From Candidatus Woesebacteria bacterium (GTDB lineage: Bacteria > Patescibacteriota > Microgenomatia > UBA10105 > UBA927), in assembly GCA_018062625.1 (NCBI GenBank), contig JAGORV010000004.1:8234-72233 (forward strand): a stretch of 64,000 bases of DNA, written 5' to 3'. The position numbers were made by a program, and so were the translations under genes. Shown here in pieces: positions 46,544 through 54,575 of this stretch. Numbering within the stretch: position 1 is the first letter of the stretch; each line of letters begins with the position of its first letter. The notes below the pieces were generated by a model. The model did not search any database. It worked only from the letters and a program-made list of their open reading frames with translations, and was not told where the DNA came from.

Positions 46544-47697
46544 GTATGAAAAAGGGACTGTAACACTCGTTGCGTTGTAGCAATCACGTAGGAAAGTTCT
46601 TTACGGGTCATCCCAGCAAATATAGGCATGCGAACGAGAGTATTTGCAACATCGTCGGTCACTGGTAATTGTCTAACTTTTTTTGATAGCTTCACCCCCA
46701 TAGGAGCAGTGTGAAGCGGTACATAATGTGTAGATACCTCTATACCTTTTTTTCGCATCTCTTGTACAAAAATTTTCCGTTGATCTACTGTATGAAATTT
46801 CAATGCATAGATATGCCAATTAGGCTTCGTCATACCTTCGGGAACTATGGGCAATTGCACCATATCGGAAAATTTTTGAAATGCTTTGGTATATTGTGTT
46901 GCAATGAATTGTCGATCTTTGGTTATTTTCGAAAGATTATCCAATTGAACATTCGTAAGCGCTGCTAGAATGTCAGATAAAAAATAACTGCTTCCCTCAC
47001 CTATCCATTGATAAATAGAAACTTTTCCTGCTAAATACGCAGCCCGATCCGTACCGATGGCGCGGAATACTTCCATCTTTTCTGAAAGTGATACGCTGTT
47101 AGTCACCACCGCTCCCCCTTCACCACATGCCACATTCTTTGTGCCATGAAACGAAAATGCTCCGGCGGACCCATATGTACCGAGACTTCTTCCTTTGTAT
47201 TCACTTCCTATACAGTGAGCTGCGTCTTCAACGAGCCAGAGGTTATGTTTCTTTGCCAAGCGCAAAAGTGTATCAAAGTTCCCTCCTGCCATCCCCGCAA
47301 AATGCACCGTCATAATCCCTACTGTTTTCTTTGTAATCATCCGCTCTACGTCTTTTGGGTCTAAACAATATGTGGCACGATCTATGTCAGCAAATACTGG
47401 TATACCCCCATTTCGCATGACGGCGGTTGCCGTTGAGGCAAGGGTAAAACTTGGGACAATAACTTCATCCCCCGCGCCTACTCCAAGGCACGCCACAGCA
47501 ATTTCCATGGCATGCGTACAATTTGTCACAGGTAACGCAAACCGCGCTCCAGTAATTGTCTGTACCATATTTCTCATGTGTGCGCTGTGTGGTCCATCTG
47601 CAGTCCCACTCCCATGCCGCATCGCCTCAATGACGGCGCGTTCTGCTTTTTTTCCCCACAGTGGTTTATGTAATGGAATTTTCATTTGAGCTATCAT
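46540..47697 (-). CDS. DegT-family sugar aminotransferase, WecE/RffA-like
   Basis: Motifs are TNCTHAMEIAVACLGVGAGDEVIVPSFTLASTATAV, EDAAHCIGSEYKGR and FSFHGTKNVACGEGGAVVTN. The alternative ATG at 47685 gives the typical MKIPLHKP N-terminus. Confidence 0.85.
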   Translation of the reverse strand: MIAQMKIPLHKPLWGKKAERAVIEAMRHGSGTADGPHSAHMRNMVQTITGARFALPVTNCTHAMEIAVACLGVGAGDEVIVPSFTLASTATAVMRNGGIPVFADIDRATYCLDPKDVERMITKKTVGIMTVHFAGMAGGNFDTLLRLAKKHNLWLVEDAAHCIGSEYKGRSLGTYGSAGAFSFHGTKNVACGEGGAVVTNSVSLSEKMEVFRAIGTDRAAYLAGKVSIYQWIGEGSSYFLSDILAALTNVQLDNLSKITKDRQFIATQYTKAFQKFSDMVQLPIVPEGMTKPNWHIYALKFHTVDQRKIFVQEMRKKGIEVSTHYVPLHTAPMGVKLSKKVRQLPVTDDVANTLVRMPIFAGMTRKELSYVIATTQRVLQSLFHT

Positions 47698-47722
47698 ACT
47701 CGAAGCGTAAAAGCATTTACAA
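47693..47722 (-). promoter_or_regulatory. Candidate promoter that would yield a leaderless or near-leaderless transcript
   Basis: On the minus strand, TTGTAA (47722-47717) is followed by an 18-nt spacer and TATGAT (47698-47693). The predicted transcription start falls at or next to the ATG at 47685. Confidence 0.25.
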
Positions 47723-47789
47723 GATTATCGTTATACAGCGCATGCACATTCTGCACGTATATAGAAATTTAGAAGTAATTGTTTTGGTA

Positions 47790-48332
47790 TCAAATAGACC
47801 GGACTACTTTTGCAGGCACACCATGCGCAACTACTCTTGATGGAATATTCTTTGTAACCACTGCCCCTGCCCCGATAACACTTTCTCGACCTATAGATAC
47901 TCCTGACAAAATAATAGCAGCGGTTCCAACATACACCCCTTTTTGAATGGTTACTTTAGACTCTTTTGTAGGAAAATATCGTTGCAACGGATGCTCAGGA
48001 TACCCGACGTTTATATGAGAAACTACACAAACTCGATTAGAAAGAGTAACGTCGTCTTCTAAAGCTACTCCTCCTCGAACATCGATCATGACACCATCGC
48101 CCACATAACACCGCTTTCCTATGCGAATTTTACTAAAACCATAGTGATATACATTGACAAATACAACATCAAGAATAATCGTGTCTGATCCGATTTTTGC
48201 ACCAGCAAATCGTAATAGAAGCACTCTCACTGGTGGAAGACAGATATGCAGAAACCACGTAAACCACCAGTACCAAAGAAATCGAAGTGCGCGACCTACA
48301 CCAATAGTTTCAATAATCTTCATAATATTCAC
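47790..48332 (-). CDS. Hexapeptide-repeat (left-handed beta-helix) acetyltransferase, WcaF-like
   Basis: The N-terminus ALRFLWYWWFTWFL..PPVRVLLLRFAGAKIG is followed by hexapeptide-type turns ending IGRESVIGAGAVVTKNIPSRVVAHGVPAKVV. The GTG at 48332 forms a GTGA overlap; an ATG lies at 48323. Confidence 0.75.
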   Translation of the reverse strand: MNIMKIIETIGVGRALRFLWYWWFTWFLHICLPPVRVLLLRFAGAKIGSDTIILDVVFVNVYHYGFSKIRIGKRCYVGDGVMIDVRGGVALEDDVTLSNRVCVVSHINVGYPEHPLQRYFPTKESKVTIQKGVYVGTAAIILSGVSIGRESVIGAGAVVTKNIPSRVVAHGVPAKVVRSI

Positions 48333-49048
48333 TCACGAGATAATTGCTTCCGAAAGCTCCATAAGTTTACCAGATAATCCGCAGTATCACGAATTATGTG
48401 TACCGATGATTGTTTGTCAAAACGACGCAAAAATAACACAGGTACTTCGCAAATCGACAGTCCCGCGCGTTTGGCACGTACCATAATCTCTGTGTCCCAA
48501 AACCATCCTGTGTGCAAAGTCCGTGCAAGCAACGGCAGTACTTTGCTTCGTCTAAAAAACTTATACCCTGTCTCGGTATCAAGGCCCCCAGTACCGATAA
48601 GAGCATCTGATAACCATTGATATCCACGACTCAATATCTCTCGTATCAAAGACCCAGGACTTGATCGATATATGCGCTTCCCTATTGCCACATCAGCCTT
48701 ACGCTCGAGAATAGTTGAAACCAACTGCGGAATATATTCAGGCCCAACTTCGCAATCTATATCGATAAACCCTACCACGGTTCCTCTGGCTTTCATAAAC
48801 CCATCCGTCACAGTCTTCCCTCTCCCACAATTTACTCGATGAAACAATGCCGAAGTATGAGGATACTTTTTACATGCTCTTGCAATCAAATGACGGGTAT
48901 CATCAATGCTCTTATCATCTACAAAAATAATCTCATACTTGAGATTGCTGTGACTAAGCGTTTCTACAATTCTTTCCACGCTAGATACAAACACATCAAC
49001 TTCATTGAAACACGCGAGTACAAGAGAAACATCACGACGATTCTTCAT
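48329..49048 (-). CDS. GT2 glycosyltransferase (DPM1/GtrB-like)
   Basis: Motifs are VSLVLACFNEVD, IIFVDDKSIDDT and FIDIDCE. Confidence 0.85.
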   Translation of the reverse strand: MKNRRDVSLVLACFNEVDVFVSSVERIVETLSHSNLKYEIIFVDDKSIDDTRHLIARACKKYPHTSALFHRVNCGRGKTVTDGFMKARGTVVGFIDIDCEVGPEYIPQLVSTILERKADVAIGKRIYRSSPGSLIREILSRGYQWLSDALIGTGGLDTETGYKFFRRSKVLPLLARTLHTGWFWDTEIMVRAKRAGLSICEVPVLFLRRFDKQSSVHIIRDTADYLVNLWSFRKQLSRE

Positions 49049-49113
49049 TTGGAGTATAGTACGATGTTTGCCTATTTTTCACAATTGTGATTTCTGATAT
49101 ATACATTACATCA

Positions 49114-50379
49114 ATGCAAAATCATCTCACAAAACATCTACGATGCATCCTCTGTGGAAGCGCACATATAACTCCCTATCTGTCGTTAGGAAAAATGGCT
49201 CCAGCAAATAGCTTTGTGAGTTTCAAAGATATTTCCAAACCTGAAAAAAAATATCCCCTTGGCTTATTGTATTGTCACAAATGCCACTCTTCACAGCTCA
49301 CCCACACGATTGCACCAGCGACGCTATTTGCGCACTATGCGTACTATTCATCTACCTCACCACTTTTGGTTTCACATTTCATCGACTATGCCCATACGCT
49401 TAAGCGAAAATTCCCAAAACTTATGAAGCAATTAGTTGTTGATATTGGCAGTAACGACGGAGTGCTTCTCAAACCCCTACAAAAGATAGGAGCTCATATA
49501 TTGGGAGTAGATCCAGCACGAGAATGTAGCAATGTCGCAGTACAATCTGGCATACCCACCATACAAAAATATTTCACTCCAGCGCTCGCCAAACAAATAC
49601 AAAAAAAGTATGGAAACGCATCCATAATTACGGCAAATAACGTCATTGCTCACACACCGTTCATTCATGATTTTATTCGTGGCATTCGTACACTCCTACA
49701 ATCGGACGGTGTTTTTGTATTTGAAGTGAAATATATGGGTGATATTCTTGAGCATAATGAGTTTGATATCATTTATCATGAACATGTTTTCTCCTATCTA
49801 CTCCACCCACTCTATGTATTACTAGACAAACACGAGCTGAAAATTATCGATGTACAACACATGCAAATTCATGGCGGTTCACTGCGTGTGTATGCGTCGC
49901 ATAAACGCGCGCATGTGACGGTACAGCCCTCAGTCCAAGAAATGCTCACACAGGAAAAAAATAAAGGATACCTACGATTTTCCACCTATAGATCGTTTGC
50001 ACAAAACCCTCCTCGCATAAAAAAGAAACTACAAACACTCCTGCGTGCTCTGGTTAAAAAAGGAAACCGTATTGCAGGATACGGAGCATCTGCAAAAGGA
50101 ACAACAATGCTTCAATATTGTGAGCTGTACACAGACACCATTGCATACATCGTCGATAATGCCTCATCAAAAATAGGCACTTATACTCCCGCCACTCACA
50201 TCCCAATTGTTGACCCAAAAGAGTTAAAAATCCACAAACCAGACTACATTCTGCTCCTTGCGTGGGATCATAAAAATACGATCATGAAAAAAGAACAATG
50301 GTATACCCAGAGCGGTGGCATCTATATAGTTCCGGTCCCCACACCCGCGCTTATCAAACAGCCCTCCGAGACGGCGTGA
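49114..50379 (+). CDS. NDP-hexose C-methyltransferase-like enzyme (TylCIII-type: Zn-ribbon, SAM methyltransferase and C-terminal domain)
   Basis: ATG at 49114; a GTG at 49087 is also open. CILCGS...YCHKCHSSQL is the four-Cys N-terminal domain. VVDIGSNDG is the SAM motif. GYGASAKGTTMLQYCELYTDTIAYIVDNASSKIGTYTPATHIPIV is the C-methyltransferase C-terminal domain. Confidence 0.8.
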   Translation: MQNHLTKHLRCILCGSAHITPYLSLGKMAPANSFVSFKDISKPEKKYPLGLLYCHKCHSSQLTHTIAPATLFAHYAYYSSTSPLLVSHFIDYAHTLKRKFPKLMKQLVVDIGSNDGVLLKPLQKIGAHILGVDPARECSNVAVQSGIPTIQKYFTPALAKQIQKKYGNASIITANNVIAHTPFIHDFIRGIRTLLQSDGVFVFEVKYMGDILEHNEFDIIYHEHVFSYLLHPLYVLLDKHELKIIDVQHMQIHGGSLRVYASHKRAHVTVQPSVQEMLTQEKNKGYLRFSTYRSFAQNPPRIKKKLQTLLRALVKKGNRIAGYGASAKGTTMLQYCELYTDTIAYIVDNASSKIGTYTPATHIPIVDPKELKIHKPDYILLLAWDHKNTIMKKEQWYTQSGGIYIVPVPTPALIKQPSETA

Positions 50380-51136
50380 AACGCGCAAACGCTCCAATTC
50401 CCCAACGACTCAGGAGATATTCATACAAAACCACAAATGTTTCCAGCGCAAACACTGCAGAATCTCGCAGACTTATAGATGTGTGTTCTTTTTTGTAATC
50501 GCACTGTACGGGGATTTGACCTATACGCAAATTAAAATATTTTGCTTGTGCAATACTCTCAAAACTAAATAGATGATTTTTTGATGCTGTAGTGAGATTA
50601 ATTACTTCTATAAATTTTCGACTGTATATACGAAACCCAGAGTGAAACTCAGAGATGGGTACACGCAGTACCATACGCGCAATAAAGCTCAATACTATAT
50701 TTGCCACGAAACGTATTCGTGGCATCCCCAGACTCAATGGTTCATAAAACGTGTCAAACCGTGTTCCCAATAATAAATCATAACCATGATGCACACTTTT
50801 TTTCCGAGCCTTGGGAATGATCGCTGGATCATATTGTCCATCTCCATGAATTTCCACGACATATGATGCCCCCATGTCATATGCTTTAGACAACCCAAAC
50901 GTCATGTTTCCTCCGTAGCCCAAATGTGCATGAGAAAAAAACGGTAACCCCAACGATTGCGCCACTGCTTTTACATTATCGGCTGATCCGTCATCGACTA
51001 TGATGAGCGCGTCTACTGCATTTTTTGGAATTCGAGCTATAACATCCGTGAGTAATTGAGCACAATTATGAGTTAAAATAACGCCAATAACTATACGCTT
51101 GTCATTCTTTTTCTTCATGATTCTTATTTTTTCCAT
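50354..51136 (-). CDS. GT2 glycosyltransferase (DPM1/GtrB-like)
   Basis: Motifs are IVIGVILTHNCAQL, LIIVDDGSADN and EIHGDGQYDP. The 3' end overlaps the convergent C-methyltransferase gene by 26 nt. An alternative ATG lies at 51118. Confidence 0.8.
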   Translation of the reverse strand: MEKIRIMKKKNDKRIVIGVILTHNCAQLLTDVIARIPKNAVDALIIVDDGSADNVKAVAQSLGLPFFSHAHLGYGGNMTFGLSKAYDMGASYVVEIHGDGQYDPAIIPKARKKSVHHGYDLLLGTRFDTFYEPLSLGMPRIRFVANIVLSFIARMVLRVPISEFHSGFRIYSRKFIEVINLTTASKNHLFSFESIAQAKYFNLRIGQIPVQCDYKKEHTSISLRDSAVFALETFVVLYEYLLSRWGIGAFARFTPSRRAV

Positions 51137-51378
51137 CCCGCTTCACGGTTAAATCGTTGCAGTGCTCGAGAATATTCCATGGTACTTGCGCCAGATTCTT
51201 GCACGATAGGTAATTGTTTCAATCGTTTATCTATATGGTGAAGTAATTGTCCTGCTCTGCCTTCGGGATCCATATCCTCCCCCTGTAAACAAAGCACCTT
51301 CCAATAGCGGACAGCTAACCTTGAAAAAGAGGCATCATTTGCCAGCTGATCTGCAACAAATCGTCGTACGGTTGGCAT
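51124..51378 (-). CDS. Small hypothetical soluble protein (84 aa)
   Basis: The ORF fills the gap between two minus-strand genes and has an ATG start. No recognisable motif. Confidence 0.4.
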   Translation of the reverse strand: MPTVRRFVADQLANDASFSRLAVRYWKVLCLQGEDMDPEGRAGQLLHHIDKRLKQLPIVQESGASTMEYSRALQRFNREAGWKK

Positions 51379-51436
51379 GTCTGGCGATAGTACACTTTCT
51401 CAAGTTGAATATCAAAATTTTATAATTGGTACTTCG

Positions 51437-53008
51437 TTACTTGCGAACAAGCCATGTCCCATCTCCTGTAAGCGGCTTGTATATTGTTTCCACATATTGC
51501 CGATCAATCGGCGCTATTTCATTTAGACGGTACAACCTTCCTTGATAAATATATGCAGGTTTTGTACGTCGCATCCCATCACTCAACAGATTCACAGGCC
51601 TCGAAAGAAACGATGAATATTGCCCCAACGGAAGACAACATCCATATGCTGGGTCTTGGAAATATATGGTTGCCCCAACAAGGTCTAATACATACGAATC
51701 CTTAGGTATTGTTCGAAGAGCAAATTCGAGCGTATGAATATCCTCAGTGTTTGTCCATAATCGTTTGGGACTATTTACTTCTGCCGAAACCCCCAACAAC
51801 ACGACGATACAAACCATATAACCGATGACAAAAATACCTGAAGCCCAACCTCGACGACCCAACATGCGCCAAATCGACCAAATCATATCCCCAACATACA
51901 TTGACACAAAAACTGCGATAGGTATGAGATACTGCGCATGACGTAATGGATACCCGTAGATAAAAGTCACAATATACGCAAGAAATGTGCCCCCTATAAG
52001 AATTTCTATCCATGCACCAATCTTGTTTTTTCCCGCTATCCATGGAGTGATAAATCTCCCCATACCAAACAATAACCCGATCATCCAAATTGCATGGTTT
52101 GCAATAAGTCCCCTGCTCCAACCGCCGACACCATAATAAATATTGTTTGGATAGAAAAATAAATCTGGTTGCATCGGAAACAACTGTCCTATTTTATTTA
52201 CCTCCAAAGGTAACTTTGTCAGAGAATAGAGAATTAATTGCACGTCACTTGCATTTCGACTCACCATAAGTATCCATCCGCCGAATATACACAAAGGAAT
52301 CCCTATACCCAATAGAAAAATATATAGCTGAGAAAATCGCTTAGAAATTTGTGGTGCAACAATGCATGCGACAACAGTTGCAACAACAGCCTGTGGCAAA
52401 GACTTGGGCAATAACAACAATGATGCGCCATATGCTACACCTGACCACCATGCAAACTTCTTTTCCTGCCTTTCAAACCACAATATCTGTAGATATAACC
52501 CAACAAATGCTACAACCGTCGCTATCGTATCTGGGCGCATCTCAAGCATCTTATCTGCAGGAAGTGGTAAAAACGCAAGCACACTGGCAGGAAGCAAGAG
52601 TACCCATAGTGATTCAAATGCATACACAGGCTTACGAATTTGTCTCAAGACCATACCAACTATTGCCCCCAACAACACGAAAATCACAAATGCAATCACA
52701 CGACTGACGGATAAAATTGCTGAACCTTTTACCCACAAAAAAAGCGGTGCTAAAAACCACAAAAATCCCGGTGGAACATAGAAGAAAAAGTCTCTATACG
52801 GGAGTCTACCCGTAAATACATTGTGCGCCCAATGTAAATATGCCAGCTCATCAGCATCAAAATACCGCAATAGCCCCAAATCCAATCTCGCAAAGAGTAA
52901 CAGAAAGAGAAAAATTACTGTTACAATACTTAGTATACCAACGGTAGTTTTATAGAATGCAGAGTTCATTATTGTATCTATTATGCCAGTAACTATAGCG
53001 ATTATCAT
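51437..53008 (-). CDS. Polytopic membrane protein, GT-C (ArnT/PMT_2/GT39-like) glycosyltransferase candidate
   Basis: The first loop reads RYFDADELAYLHWAHNVFTGRLPYRDFFFYVPPG, the acidic DE motif typical of GT-C. There are many TM segments and a soluble C-terminal domain. The alternative ATG at 52969 avoids overlap with the divergent gene. Confidence 0.6.
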   Translation of the reverse strand: MIIAIVTGIIDTIMNSAFYKTTVGILSIVTVIFLFLLLFARLDLGLLRYFDADELAYLHWAHNVFTGRLPYRDFFFYVPPGFLWFLAPLFLWVKGSAILSVSRVIAFVIFVLLGAIVGMVLRQIRKPVYAFESLWVLLLPASVLAFLPLPADKMLEMRPDTIATVVAFVGLYLQILWFERQEKKFAWWSGVAYGASLLLLPKSLPQAVVATVVACIVAPQISKRFSQLYIFLLGIGIPLCIFGGWILMVSRNASDVQLILYSLTKLPLEVNKIGQLFPMQPDLFFYPNNIYYGVGGWSRGLIANHAIWMIGLLFGMGRFITPWIAGKNKIGAWIEILIGGTFLAYIVTFIYGYPLRHAQYLIPIAVFVSMYVGDMIWSIWRMLGRRGWASGIFVIGYMVCIVVLLGVSAEVNSPKRLWTNTEDIHTLEFALRTIPKDSYVLDLVGATIYFQDPAYGCCLPLGQYSSFLSRPVNLLSDGMRRTKPAYIYQGRLYRLNEIAPIDRQYVETIYKPLTGDGTWLVRK

Positions 53009-54575
53009 AGCTCTAATAACCGTTTCAAACTCGTGGCAAGTTATCTATGGCTATCTACAAAACAAGCCAGATCATCTGTTTACCGCGATAACTCACTACT
53101 TCGCTGATTACTTCCTCTACATTTCACATATTGCCCAAGCACAAAATTCCCAATCATTATTTGTCGATAACTTATTTACCAATGAGCCACTGATTCCGAC
53201 ATGGATTTACTGGTTTAATGCACTCCTTGGTAAAGTCCACTTGAATCCATTTTTGACGTACAACATAGCGCTTATCCTCCTTGTAGTAGGGGTTCTTATC
53301 CTTCTTTGGCACATCATCAAAAGATCAATTACCGACTCTACAACAAGATATATAGCATTTATCTTTACCATTTCGGCATCAAATTATTTTGATTTCACTA
53401 CATTTTTACAAAACGGTACGCTTAGACTTCTTGGAGACTTCTGGTTCTCACCTACCCCAGCACTCAATCGCCTTGGTGGTGTGCCACATCAAATCCTTCA
53501 AACTATTTTATGTTTGTCAGTCATAACGCTATTCACTAGGCTTTCGGAATCTCCCAAAAAAAATCCATTGCCATACATTGCACTTTTTATTATCACGCTC
53601 CTTGCGACAAGCGCAAATCCCATACAGATGCTTCTGGTCACCCTGACACTTTTGGCAATACTTGCAATACGTACCTACAAAAAAAGCATCAAGCTATCTG
53701 ATATAGTCACTGCAAGTGTTGTGTGCATACCTGCATTACTTGCTGCGTTGGCTACCAATTTTGAATTCTCCCATCAACCCATCCTCACTGCCGCAAAAGC
53801 TTGGGAAGACAATCAACGATTCTCTTTATCGATACCCCAATTTATGTGGGCTCTGGGACCTATTGGATTTTTTATACCATTTGGAATCTATGCGTCACTA
53901 AAAAAACACACACGTCTCTTTTTTACACTCGTCCTCTATTCGCTTATAAGCCTCTTATTCTTTTTTACCCCATTACCTACATTATTAGGAACCTCTCCAG
54001 TTCGATGGGTATCGCCTGCAGCCTACCTCGGTCTAGCACTTCTTGCCGGCAACGGATTTGCTTGGTGTGTTATGTTGCTTGGCAAAAAAATAAAAAACCC
54101 TCAAGCTACGATATTTATTGCAATGACAGCCTATCTCATACTCACTATTCCCTCAATAATTACACAGGTAACGTCACGGACAGTACCTCTCTCCACTGAC
54201 CCAAGGCTTATCGCACTCAATCACATTCCCTACGAAATAGTTGACGGTCTAGTACAGATTCAAAACTCACCAGATAATGGCGTTGTCGTTTGTGATCCTA
54301 CACTGTTCTATGATGTTGTTATTCCTATTATGACAGGGAAAAAAAGCTTCACTGGACACCCTATCCACACACTCTTTCCCGATACAAAAGAAGCGCTCCG
54401 CCAAGAGCTGTTTTCTGGAACTATGAGCGAGAGCACGGCAAATGAATTTATGAACAATCATGAAATTAGATACATTATATCGACCCCAAATCATCGTACG
54501 GTGTTAGATACGTATCCATTCTTGACGGTTCTGTATACAAACAAATCACTTATTATTTATCAGAAAAAACCATGA
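52983..54575 (+). CDS. Polytopic membrane protein, paralog of 59115..60791 (GT-C-like architecture)
   Basis: An N-terminal TM segment is followed by HYFADYFLYISHIAQAQ...TNEPLIPTWIYWFNALLGKV. The corresponding block in the paralog is NFPTDYNFYLSRIRMG...TTEQHNGSFIHEFYLLLGKV. Confidence 0.5.
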   Translation: MPVTIAIIIALITVSNSWQVIYGYLQNKPDHLFTAITHYFADYFLYISHIAQAQNSQSLFVDNLFTNEPLIPTWIYWFNALLGKVHLNPFLTYNIALILLVVGVLILLWHIIKRSITDSTTRYIAFIFTISASNYFDFTTFLQNGTLRLLGDFWFSPTPALNRLGGVPHQILQTILCLSVITLFTRLSESPKKNPLPYIALFIITLLATSANPIQMLLVTLTLLAILAIRTYKKSIKLSDIVTASVVCIPALLAALATNFEFSHQPILTAAKAWEDNQRFSLSIPQFMWALGPIGFFIPFGIYASLKKHTRLFFTLVLYSLISLLFFFTPLPTLLGTSPVRWVSPAAYLGLALLAGNGFAWCVMLLGKKIKNPQATIFIAMTAYLILTIPSIITQVTSRTVPLSTDPRLIALNHIPYEIVDGLVQIQNSPDNGVVVCDPTLFYDVVIPIMTGKKSFTGHPIHTLFPDTKEALRQELFSGTMSESTANEFMNNHEIRYIISTPNHRTVLDTYPFLTVLYTNKSLIIYQKKP

